Shown here piece after piece: positions 10,706 to 21,792 of a stretch of DNA of 64,000 nucleotides. The notes under the pieces were generated by a model. That model had not been told where the DNA came from. It saw nothing but the letters and a program-made list of their open reading frames with translations, and ran no database searches. The first letter of the stretch is position 1, and each line of letters opens with the position of its first letter. The stretch is taken from positions 68,519-132,518 of the IMG/VR virus record IMGVR_UViG_3300045988_117466; one strand, 5' to 3'. The position numbers and the translations under genes are program-made. The stretch comes from a virus.

Positions 10706-11024
10706 ATTTGTTTATCATATTTATCAGGTAATTTATCATTTCGATTTAAACATTACTGTACCGCCATTAGCTTGCGGCTCTACTCCTCATAAGAGGATAG
10801 TCGTTGAACCTTATCCTATTCGGATCTTGGCTGCTGATTGTCCATTGTAGCAGAAGCAGGGGATTTAACCTCGCTTCCATATAATTAATTCTTTTTACTT
10901 TCGTAGCGTTCACATCTAGGCATATTTCATCCTTCTGTTGTAGCTTAATTATCTTTAAGACTTTCCAGCAATTAGATAAATTTTCACATATGTATTACTA
11001 CATAAGGTCGCATATGTGGTTTAT

Positions 11025-14000
11025 ACGACAAGTTCGTCTCCTAATTCTCCTGTAAGAGCTCGTTCATCTTGTTTTAATCCCCAATCGCCACCATTAGCAT
11101 GAGCATCTCCAGCAGATGATTTGAGCTTATCCGTTTTCTCTTGTAAATATTTGTTCTTTTCAGCCTGCACAACAGGATTAATTTCTGATAAATCAGAGAT
11201 TTTTGTTGTTCCCATCGCAAGAGCACGGCTTCCAAGCTTCTTAATTGTTCCGTGAGCAAAAGCACCAAATTCTTCAATATCATCAAGCTCATTGTCGTAC
11301 CAGTCTGTTAAGTCATCAACAGTACCTTGAGCGAAAGCATTTGAATATGGAATGAAAGATCCGTGTGCATTTGCTGTACCATGGGCTTTGCCTTTCTTTT
11401 TTTTCTTTCCTGAGCTTTTCTTACCTCCTGAGGGCTCAGAAGGAGTACTACCAGTAACGAAATCAACAATTCGAGTGATATGTTTTGCTGCCCATCCTGC
11501 GATTGTTCCATCAGCAAGAGAGGTGTCCGCCTTAAGTTGTGCAGTGTTTGTAACTTTTTGGCTTTTCCATTCCTGAACTTTTTGATTCGCTTCAGTAATA
11601 TCTCCTTTAAGATGTCCGGTTTTATCAACCTCAATCCCAAGGTATTCTAAAAGCTTTTGATTAGCTTTAGAAGCATCTACGTCTAATTTTCCTTCTTTGT
11701 CAATTGGAATATTTAAAAAATCAGCTATTTCTTTGGTGGCTTTTTTAGTATCTGCATCAACTTTAACGGTTGTAGACTTCTTTCCGCCTTTGCCAAGATT
11801 ATCAATATCTTGTTTTGCCTTTTTGGTATTAGCCTTTACTTCAATAGTAACTTGACCTTTTTTCTTATGTTTATTGTATTCATCAACAAGACGTTTAATC
11901 TCTTTATCAATCTTATCATTGCCAGTTTTTTCTACGGTATTATCTTTGCCAACCTTAAGTCCAGATTTTAACTTATTAAGTTGAGTGTTTAATCCAGATT
12001 TTGTTTTGATTTGCTTTCTAAAAACACCATTATCACTTTTGCCACTGACCATATTGGCAGTTTCTTTTTCAAGTTTAGATACAGTTGTGTTTAAATTTTT
12101 GATTCTGCTTTTTAATTTACTTTGAGCTTCATTAAGTTTTTTCTTTGCACTTGCTTTATCATCGTCAGTTTTAGCATCTTTCCAAGTATCATAAGCATTG
12201 CTATAATCCTTTTGAGCTTTCTGTACAGAATCTCTAGCAGATTTAACTTTTTGATAAGAATTTTTCTTCCAGGATTCATATTTTTCGGTAGAATCTATAG
12301 CGTAATGGTTTTTGTCAGCTGTTGATTTAGCATTTGTAATAATTGAGTTACCATATTCAAACGCCTCTTCAGAATACTTATTACCATATTTGTTTACAAG
12401 CTTTTTATCATTGGAATCAACAGCTCCTTCAAATTTGCTTTCTGCATCTTTAAATTCAGCCTTATCCTGAGCAATCTCAATCTCAAACTTTAACTTCTTG
12501 ACCATCTCATCTGGGATATCTTCGCCAGCGTTTTTCAGTTTAAGAATCTGCTGTCTGTAATCCTCAATCTGTTCTCCTAATGCTGTTTTACCAGCACCAT
12601 CTTTCATATTTTTCCATTTATCAACCAGTTGGTCAACATAACTTTCAGCTTTTTCGTACTGTTCTGTAACAGATTTAAAATCAATCTTACCACCATAATC
12701 TTTTAAACGATTCAGTACAGCTTCGAAAGGTTCAATACCCATACCCATTGCTTTAGCGGCAGTAGCAGTATTAGTGATCTTTCCAGAATATGTACCTTCA
12801 GCAGTTTTCTTTAAAGTACCAAAATCAGTATTAGCTTTTTGGGATTTGGCAGATAAATCATCTAAGAATTTAACCAGACCGCTATCATCAGAAGTAAAAT
12901 ACTTAGTAGTCTTAGCCCATGTCTTATCAAAAGTAGCAGCATCAGTCTTACCAGATGAACTCATAACACTTGTCAATGTTTTGAAATCATCTGTTCCAAT
13001 AAGTCCTTTGTCACGTTCTTTCTTCTGAGCATTGAATGCTTCACGCATTGCTAAGTAAGTATCACCAGAGTCAGCTGTTTCTTTTGCTTGAAGATAATCA
13101 CTCCAAGTAGACTGAGAGTTTGCCTGATTGATTAATTTAAGACGCTCTTTCAACTGATCAAGACTACCTGTCCATTTCTCAGTTTTAGAATTTAAGATAT
13201 CAAAGGCTTGAGATGCTTCAGTAAGATTCAAACCATCAATGAAAGATTGAGTATCTTTATTATCACCAAGCTTTTCCTTGATATCTTCAATCATTGATTG
13301 AACATCTTTACCATCTTTTAAAAATCCTTCAAAATTTCCTTTATCGTCTAATTTGAAATCAACATTAAAAGAATCAGCCAAAGATTTGTTTAATTGCTCA
13401 ATACTAACCCCATCATCTGTGGCAGCCTCTTTAAGCTTATCATAAGCATCTTTGGTATTATTGAGCCAATTCTGAACACCCTTGTTACTAGATTTATCAT
13501 AGCTTTTAATAAACTTATCAAGAGCTCCTTGTGCTTTATCATCTTTAGCAAATTTCTTTGCTGCAGCAATAGTATTTTCTCGTTGTTCCTTGACCCAATC
13601 TTTATCTTTTAGATTATCTCTAGTCGCAGTATCTATGTTATAAGTATTAGATCCTAATCCTGTAAGGAAGCTTTGAGCACGACTACCCAATTTATTATAA
13701 TCAGTAATACTACCTGGCAATGAAGTGGCAATATCTTGATTGTATTGATCAAGAGCCTTTTGGGTTTTAGTAAGCCCAATTTTATATTTTTGAGCATAAC
13801 CTGAGATTTTAGCGATTTCTTCACTAAGATCAGTTCCCTTAGGTAAATAGTCTTCAGTTTTATCCAAGATCTGCTTATATGAACCAATAAATTTGTTCAT
13901 GTCAGCTTGTTTGTATAAATCGAAGGTTTGATCCTTTGGTAATTTCAACACATCTTTGGCAGCCTTGTTGAAAGCAGTAGTTAACTGGCTGGTTTTATCG

Positions 14001-15026
14001 CCTTGCAGACCGTTTCTTAACTGAGTAGTTAAGGTGTCCATGTCGTTGCCCCAGAACTTATCAACACCAGTTCCAGAAGCTTTCTTAACATTCTCTATGT
14101 TACCTTCAACTAACTTGTCCCAAGTTTCATCAGAAGCATATTTCTTTTGTGCGCTTTCTTGTTTCTTCTCCTGAGATTCAATCGCTTTGTCCATCAATCC
14201 AGATGTTTTAGCAATTGCATTTCCTTCTGCATCATATCCTGAAATAAGAGAAGGAGTAGTATCTAAAATTTCCTTGCGGATACTTAAGAATCTCTCATAA
14301 GAAGAAGTATCTAAACTGATGTTATTACCGTATTCGTCTACACCTTTGGATAAAGATTCAAATTCTACTTTATTCCCTTTGAGAGTGGAAATATTACTTT
14401 GGACATCAGACATTTTGTCCTGATAAGTGCTACGGGTTTTATCAGCTTTTTCTACCTTATCTTTGTCATAAGTAGCAGCTTTCTTAATGTTTTCAATTCC
14501 TTTAGAAAGAGCACTTCCTGCAAATTCCATGATTAGACTTGCACCTAATCCTAATAACACATTTGCGGCAAAAGCACCAGCCTTAGCAGCTATGCCAGAA
14601 GCTTTAACATTTTCCACGAAACCTGCTAATCCACCTGCGGCAGATTGAGCAATGCTACCAGATTTTTCAACCTCTTTGTTGAATTCTTCAAGACCTTTTC
14701 CATAACTATTTTTCTTATCACTAAGATCATAATTATTTTGCTTAGCTTGACCGTAAAGAGTACTAGCTGTATCACGACCTTTTTCAGTCTTCATTTCATC
14801 CTGAAGTCGCTTAAACATGTCCTCTTTTTCTTTGGTAGACTTATTACCAAAGATTTCAGGAACCATGCTGTTACTAAAGAAATCCTGCAATCTACTTTGA
14901 TCAGACTGCATATTCTCATAATTAGCCTTACGTCTTGTAGGACTAAGTGCATTCAGAATAGCACTACCAATTGGAAATTCATTTTTACCAGTTTCTTTAT
15001 TGTACTGTACAAGCAAACTGTTTACT
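11025..15026 (-). CDS. tail tape measure protein, exon 2 (about 1334 codons)
   Basis: Open frame begins right after a TGA at 15028-15026 with no SD or ATG. It ends ...LTGELGDELVV, which continues naturally into exon 3. Lys/Glu-rich coiled coil. Confidence 0.75.
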
Positions 15027-15383
15027 CAAGGGCAGGGAAATACCCTATTTTCACACTGGTAAAATATGTATTTGACAATCACTAATGCAATATTCTATAC
15101 TAATTATGTAACAAGAAATATGTATCATATCTCAAAGTAATAACACACATGGGGCTCACAATTCAGTGAGCCTTTTGTGTATCTGAAATTAAAGGAGAAG
15201 AGAGGTTCATAAAGATACCTCTTTTTCGCAATTAACCTTGCAATATTTGGAAACATAAGTTATAATTAGAAACATCATGGAATAATTAGTTCCCCAATTA
15301 ATTATTTTCATACTAAAGGCATTCCTAGGAGGTAGGGATGCCTTTTCTCCATTTATGGGGTAACGATTCGTTCACCCATCAAA

Positions 15384-16190
15384 TTAACTTTCTAACTGAT
15401 CTTCCAGATCCTTAATCTTAGAATCTCTAAATGCAATTTTCTTTCCAGTACTACGATGATTTGTTTCTATGTATCTACGTTTCAGATTGTTTAGTACATA
15501 CTCTGCAGTCATTCTGTACATTGGATTTAGAGAACCAGAAGTTTCAATAATCGATTCAAGTTTATCATCGATCATTGTTACGATTTTCTGCTTATACTCA
15601 GTTGCATTTAGTTTTCTATGATACTCATAGCGGTCTTTCTTTTTTAAATGAACGTGAACATCAATGATCTTATCAACAGTGGCTTCCAGATTTGTGTAAT
15701 CAGATTCTAAAAGAACACGATCAATGTTGCGTACAGAATATTTAATTTTATCTGCATCATACTGTCTCTGAAGCTGACATTCATCTGAAACTGCTACATC
15801 ATATAGATCGTTATTATCTTGCTGAAGTTGTGTGATCAGCTCAATCATTCTCTCAAAAGCATCTGTGTATCTAGCTGTAAAGATAAGAGCTTTGTTACCA
15901 GTAAACTTGTTTACCAGCATTGCAAATCCTTTACGATCAATATAATACATAGGACGCTCCTGGTTATTTAAATCAAGATAAGAGCCGAGGGAAAAATTTC
16001 CGGCGGCTAATTCAGGGATAACTTCTATAAAATGACGAATCTTTTTCATTACATCTGCATGGTCTTTCCCATAAGTCTCAGCCACATTGAGAGAAGTGGT
16101 GTACACATCACCATTGATCTCTTCAAGACCAAATTCCTCATTAATTTCTGCGATTTCACATTCAATAGCTTTCTTTGTTTCTTTTAACAT
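15384..16190 (-). CDS. Rha-family phage regulatory protein, intron cargo
   Basis: N-terminal TTSLNVAETYGKDHADVMKKIRHFI...YYIDRKGFAMLVNKFTGNKALIFTARYTDAFERM matches the Rha (Phage_pRha) pattern. SD AAAGGAGA. Confidence 0.75.
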   Translation of the reverse strand: MLKETKKAIECEIAEINEEFGLEEINGDVYTTSLNVAETYGKDHADVMKKIRHFIEVIPELAAGNFSLGSYLDLNNQERPMYYIDRKGFAMLVNKFTGNKALIFTARYTDAFERMIELITQLQQDNNDLYDVAVSDECQLQRQYDADKIKYSVRNIDRVLLESDYTNLEATVDKIIDVHVHLKKKDRYEYHRKLNATEYKQKIVTMIDDKLESIIETSGSLNPMYRMTAEYVLNNLKRRYIETNHRSTGKKIAFRDSKIKDLEDQLES

Positions 16191-16275
16191 AATTCAATTT
16201 CTCCTTTTAATATAAACTTAATTTCAAAAGGGGTCGCATTTCACGACCCCCTATCAACAACAATCTCACCAAACT

Positions 16276-17082
16276 TTAATCTTCAAGATCCCCAACAACT
16301 CTGTAAACAAGTTTCTGACCTTTACCAGTTACATAAGTCTGTGGAACAATCACATTGCAAATCACATGTTCACCAACTTCAAAACATCCGTTCTCAACGT
16401 ATCTCTGATATGGCATGTTGTCCCGCATCAGGATTCCATTACTTCTCAGAATCTCAAAAAGACGATTCCTTCCAATGTCATATCCATCATTCTGCAACAA
16501 TTTGGCCATTGTGTTCATGTCGATCGTATCAGAAGAAGCAGTAACACATCTTGCAAAATCTACATCTTCTTTGGAAGCTTCAAGTTCTCCACGAAGCTCT
16601 GCGATTGTAGCTTGCTGAATTTCTAATGCTTTGAGTACAAACTCAGCTTCAGACAGATTTTTATATGGAATGTATCCACCTGTACGTCTGATCTGTGGAA
16701 GAACTTCAGATGTTACCCATCTTTTGAAACGATGTAATTTTTCAATTCTCTCTTCAATAAGGGGGTCATTTTGTGACACCCCCTTTGCTTTAGCAGGTTG
16801 CATTAAGAATAATAATGAATATAGTCCTGATTCATTAAGAACTGTGATGTTTTGCATTCCTCCAGCGGTTTGAATTTTTGCCATTGTTTTGTCAGCTTTG
16901 TCAATTCTACGCAAGCTACGCTTGTGATTTGTATCTCCAAAAGCTATGCATACATCTTTTCCAACAAACCAAGGTTCATTGTCAATCTCAACGCATCTGA
17001 TTGATCCAAATTCGTCATTTACGAAGTTCATGATCTGATTGTTATTTCCTACTTCATTTTCTGCTTTTGTTAAATTTGCCAT
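16276..17082 (-). CDS. Bro-N / KilAC (Ant-like antirepressor) protein, intron cargo
   Basis: Bro-N pattern (IRCVEIDNEPWFVGKDVCIAFGD...ESGLYSLLF...FKRWVTSEVLPQIRRTGGY). KilAC-like C-terminus (MAKLLQNDGYDIGRNRLFEILRSNGIL). SD AAAGGAGA. Confidence 0.8.
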   Translation of the reverse strand: MANLTKAENEVGNNNQIMNFVNDEFGSIRCVEIDNEPWFVGKDVCIAFGDTNHKRSLRRIDKADKTMAKIQTAGGMQNITVLNESGLYSLLFLMQPAKAKGVSQNDPLIEERIEKLHRFKRWVTSEVLPQIRRTGGYIPYKNLSEAEFVLKALEIQQATIAELRGELEASKEDVDFARCVTASSDTIDMNTMAKLLQNDGYDIGRNRLFEILRSNGILMRDNMPYQRYVENGCFEVGEHVICNVIVPQTYVTGKGQKLVYRVVGDLED

Positions 17083-17162
17083 ATTAAATTCTCCTTTTCT
17101 TCAGAAAGGTGCACCAAATGGCATAGAACAGATGGTGCTGATGATTTGCTTATCCTTCTATG

Positions 17163-17245
17163 CATATATGGCTAATTTACTACCCCTTTAAAACACCAGG
17201 CTCTACCTAATGTTTTAAGACTCAATTAATGTGGTAAGTCTGCTA
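17163..17245 (-). promoter_or_regulatory. conserved ~80-nt structured element, copy 1 (upstream of the Bro-N ORF, inside intron 1)
   Basis: Minus strand: UUACCAC-AUUAAUUGA-[long stem]-AGGU-AGA-GCCU-[long stem]-GUAGUAA-...AUAUAUG. Homologous to 43548-43630 and 43733-43815, with compensatory changes in the stems. Confidence 0.6.
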
Positions 17246-17698
17246 GAGCAGTATAAAAAGAGTATTAAATTATGTTAATGAGTATTTATAATATATCATA
17301 TAAAATTCATTTCCCTATGTGCAAGCATGTTTCCATGCTGATAATTTTCTAGCGGCACATTCGCATACAGTTCTGATCATCCCTTTCTGATGTCACTCGT
17401 AAGGTGAGTTAACCAGATTCCCATTATGATCGATGGACGTTCCTCTAATATAGAGGCTTCGCTGCGGATTCTGTATAAATATTGATCTTATTACTATATC
17501 TTAGGAATTACCCCTTGCCCTTAATACATCACTGTACTAAGTTAGTAATCAATATCGTTTAACAGTTCCCGTACATAAATTATCAAAAAGTATTTCAGTT
17601 TCGGTTGTTTTCTAAGCAATCTCTTATTTGTATCACCATTTCGATACAAACTCGTTCTGTGTTACCACTAGATTGCTCTGGGCATTGTACATGAGGAC

Positions 17699-20600
17699 AA
17701 CTGATAATTTGCCCTACCCAGCTTTCCTTTCGCTCCTGCGACTCCTAAAGCACCCATAAAGGCTGTTCTAAGAAGCCCAGCTTTAGTTACTAAATTTGTT
17801 ATTTGAGTTCCAGCATCTACAAGTCCTTTGATAAAATCAGAAGAAATAGAAGTGTTCCACATTTCTTGGAAACTTGCTGTCAGCTGATCAACTTTACCTT
17901 GGATGGAATCAAGTTGAGTTTCGTTTTCACGAAGAGCTGATCCTTCTGAGTTTTGTGTTTCGTTGTAGACTTTTTCAAGCATCTCTGGCTTCTGTAAAAT
18001 ACTGGCAACAATATTAGCTCTATTTTTTCCTGCAATTTTCTCTAAAATAGAAGCTTGTTTAAGGTCACCACCATCGGTAGAACCAATTTCGCTCCAGATC
18101 TTACCCAATCCAAGTAAAAATTCATATGGATTTTTATAAGATCCATCATCTTTTAATAAATCAAAGCCTTTGTAGTCGTTTGATGCTACTTTAGTTTGAT
18201 TTTTAATGAGATCTCTCAACTGAGATGTGTTCTGAATGTAACCATCAACATCTTCACCTGCTTCTTGAAGCACATTCATATCAGTGCCTCGAATTCTTAA
18301 GGATACTGTTTTTAAACCAGCTCCAACGCTCTCAGGATTTTGCACGACGGAATTCCCAACTGTAGTAAGAGCAACTGACTGTTCATAGTTAGCACCTGCC
18401 GCCTGTAAAGCACTAGCAGATCTCTGTAATGAACTAGCAATCTCATCTGATGAAATAGGCTCTAAGTTACCGATATTATTCAAAACATCAACAACATTCT
18501 CTACATCATCAGCACCCTTATCGAATCCCTGCATAATAGAAATCAATGCATTAGTAGCATCATCTACCTGCTCAAATTCTGATACATTCATGAGAATACC
18601 TGTCCACTTAGACATCTTCTCAGAATCTTGTGTGTTATAACCTAATCTAGCCCAGTCAGCAGTAGATTTGGTTAATTCCACAGCATCTCTACCGATATCT
18701 TTACCAGTAGCATACATATCTTTTTCGACAGTAGCATAAACATCACTCGTATCACTTGTGACTTTCTTTAACTCTGTCATTGCAGCATCCATTTCTTTGA
18801 TGCTTTCAATTCCTTGTTGGAATCCTTGCCATACGACATCGATTCCACCCATTGAGATCAAGTACTTACTTAACTTAGTAACTTCTTGACCCATATCTCC
18901 AACAATTTGTCCGAACAAACTCTTATATTCAGAACGACTCTTAAGCTGTGATCTAGCAATACCAGTATCCTGATTAAAATTAATAGCATACTTTTCAAGC
19001 TTTCCATCATCTCTTGATCTTGCTTTGATATAAGCAGCCATTCCATTTCTACCCATACTGGTTTCAAGAATGTTACTGTTTACACCAGAAGCTCTAAATA
19101 ATTCTTCAGCTTTAGCTTCATTGAAATCATTTAAGGATAATCCTTCTCCGATAACAGTTCCCTGATTGTTCTGGAGCTTAAATTGGTTTCTAAGTCTACC
19201 ATGTTCAGTAAGCTCAGCGTTCAGTCTATTAAGCTCTCTAATATCTTCCTCAATTTCTTTATTGTCAAAGAAAACATCTCCACTATGTTTTTCTTTTAAA
19301 TCTCTAATTCGGTTAACTGTAGCTTCAACCTTAGTCGCAAATTCTGTTGTATATTGTTCAAGATCTTGACTAACAATGGTCTTTGATAAAGCTCTGTCAG
19401 CAGCATTTTTAACACGATCAGATTTAGGATTAGTATTCCCTAATGCTGTACCATCGTTTGCTCCACCAACATTTCCACCGGCTAAAACCTTGTTCATGTT
19501 CTTCAAGCCAGTAGCAATCTCACCAGTAAGATTAAATTTCTTATTTAAGTTATCAACCAGTCTTGTAACTTCACGAATTGAACTACCAATACCAGCAAAA
19601 GCACCTGCGATCTTAGCAGAATAAGCAGTAGACTTGTCAGCTAGATTAGCAATCTTATTTGTCATAGTCTCAATATCAGAAGCTTTCTTGTCTGTAAAAG
19701 ACTGTCCTGTATTGAATTTAACTTTTAAATCAAGATTCTTTTTCAGATCATTGATAATCTTCTCAACAGTAACTAAATCGTCTAATACAGCATCAGTATT
19801 GATACCAACTTTAATAGGCTCAGAAGCTTTTTCTCTTAAAGAAGTAAGCTTGCTTTCGGCTTGTGTTAACTCTTCATCATTAACATTGATGTCAATTTTT
19901 GTGTCTCCGCTGTTAGAATCCTCTTTAAATTTTTGAGTTGAAGTAATAGCTTTCTCAAGATCTTCAACATTGCCTTTAAAATTAACCGCAACGTCAATAG
20001 CATCCTTAGAGCGAAGTTCATTTACTTGTTGAAGAATGTTATCAATATTCTCTGTATTAGCTTTAAAATTAATAGTAATATCTATATTTTCTTTTGATCT
20101 TAGTTCATTAATTTCTTGTAAAATTGTATTGAACTCGGAATCGTTTGCTTTAAGATTAACAACGATATCTTTGCCTTCGTAAGAAGCAATCTTTTCATCA
20201 ACCTTAGCCAATGCAGATTCTAACTGAGAAGTGTCAGCAGTAACTTTTACAGAAGATTCTTTAGGGTGTTCACTTTCTGTAACACTGTTTGTCTTAGTTT
20301 CAGTAACATTTCTGCTTGGAAATTCACGAATTGCATCTTTGTTTTTGCTTAACCATTCACGGCTTTCTTGAGACCAAGGAGTTTCAATAGTAGCTCCTTT
20401 TTCAGCTTTAATAGATGTGTATGTATCAACAGTTTTAACAGCTTCTTGAAGACCTTTGGCTTCCTCGGCATAGATATTTTCTCCGTTCTTAATCTTTTCA
20501 TTGAATTTCTGGATATATTCTCTAGCGCTTTGGAAAGTACTGATCAGGTCTTTGTTACTCATGTCTTTCATGTCAGCAGGCATTTCAAAATCTTTATCAA

Positions 20601-21789
20601 CTTCCCTTTGATGGAGTTCTAATTTTTTAACTGCTTCAGATAAGAATTGTGTAATATTTTTATCAACAGCATGAGTAGTAGAACCTTCTTCTGGCTGATA
20701 ATTGCTTAGTATTTTACTGTAATACTCGGCTTTCTGTAATTCCTCATCGGTAAGAGTTTCACCTTTGGATTGTTTTTCCATCAGGTTCTTACTGCCGGCT
20801 TTTGCACCGTTGTATTGTTGAGGACTAATTGCTTGTCCTTCTTGAAATTTATATGGTTTACTAGAGTCAAACCCAGAAATCAAAATACCTTCTTGGGCTA
20901 AAATATCACTCCATTGTTTATTGAATTGGTTTTTAAGTTTATTGGTTACTCCTGTAGTCTTTTTGATATTTCTATCAGTGCTAGTCATAGCCTGAGTAAG
21001 AGCCTTATTAACCTGTTTAACAACATCCTCTTCGATCGGAGATAAAATATTTTTTAAGTCGATTCCCTGGGCTTGGAACAGGCTTTTATAACCTTCTGTA
21101 CCTGCAAAATCAGTTTGTCCTGTTAGCAATTCTTTTATAAACTTTTGCCTAGAAGTAATAGTATTTCTTAACTCACCAGCCTGTTTGAGCATTTCATCGT
21201 TCTTACTCCAATCAGAATTTGACATTAAACCATGCAGTTCTTCAAAAGCTTTTCCAATATCTTCTTGAGCTAGCATTCCAGCCATTGCATATTCTTTAAA
21301 ATCATTTAAAGAGATACCATTTTTAGAATTACCATGTAATTCGTTATATTGTGTTTTAGATTCGTTGTAAAAATCTTTATATTTATCTTGCTTATAAGTC
21401 TTTTTTTGTACTTCGTGTACCTTAGAAGCAGCTCTTGTGGCAAGATCACTGTCCTCGTAGCTACGTTTAGAAACCTTGCTTAAATTGTCGTTCTTAATTT
21501 TTTCAAGATCATTGTAAGTAGTTTTAAGATTCTTTAACTTCTTTTCTGCATCGGCCAAATCTTTAGATTCATATACAAATTGAAAATTTGTTAATCCAGT
21601 TTTATCAATATAACTTCTGATGCTTTTAGCAACTTTATCCATAGAGGATTTATTGATATTAGCACCAATAGGTACTTGGACTTGTTTAAAACCATTTACT
21701 ACTTCGCTTTTAGCTTTTTCTAAAGAGGCTTGATCAACGTCAACCCCCATAGAGGCAGTAAAAGAAATTACTTGTGTAGTTTCTGCCAT
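17699..21789 (-). CDS. tail tape measure protein, exon 1 (about 1363 codons)
   Basis: ATG at 21789 with SD GGGGGTGA. Contains a TP901-type tape-measure core-like segment (...ELTKSTADWARLGYN...DDATNALISIMQGF...SSLQRSASALQAAGANYEQSVALTTVGNSVVQNPESVGAGLKTVSLRIRG). The unspliced frame stops 10 codons into the intron (TAG 17668). Confidence 0.8.
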
Positions 21790-21792
21790 TTA

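Larger units (their letters stand above)
8672..11024 (-). mobile_element. group I intron (tape-measure intron 2, 2353 nt) with two cargo ORFs
   Basis: Minus-strand core elements: P AATTGCTGGAAAGTC (10959-10973), Q AATCAGCAGC (10830-10839), R GGTTCAACGACTATCC (10795-10810), S AAGATATAGTCT (8739-8750). A GAAA-tetraloop hairpin lies at 8718-8735. U precedes the 5' splice site (11025) and the last intron base is G (8672). Confidence 0.8.
15027..17698 (-). mobile_element. group I intron (tape-measure intron 1, 2672 nt) with two cargo ORFs
   Basis: Minus-strand Q AATCCGCAGC (17461-17470, exact consensus), R GTCCATCGATCAT (17426-17438), and S GGGATGATCAG (17373-17383), which pairs with R. Proposed 5' splice site after CAGTT (17699). 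Last intron base G (15027). Stops in all frames between the ORFs. Confidence 0.7.

Noticed and set aside
8672-17698. Inteins interrupting the tape measure
   Set aside because: The insertions are not continuous in-frame ORFs. They have stops in all frames and non-coding structured flanks. The embedded ORFs have their own SDs and signal peptides.
616-21000. Plus-strand ORFs antisense to the large tail genes (for example 616-930, 1691-1885, 5978-6334, 6739-6945, 12122-12325, 12774-13028, 13394-13612, 14645-15085, 19166-19936, 20368-20622)
   Set aside because: They are nested antisense in long, well-supported minus-strand genes. They have no SDs, and their Leu/Ser/Phe-rich translations are typical of the reverse frame of Lys/Glu-rich coding sequence.
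5242-21789. Three independent tail genes rather than one spliced tape measure
   Set aside because: Not fully excluded, but disfavoured. The second and third segments have no SD or ATG (the ORF track starts them at TTG/GTG). Their frames open directly after an in-frame stop, and the GELGDELVV|RGNRWFTVGSQGPEF motif is continuous only after splicing. The gaps carry group I cores.
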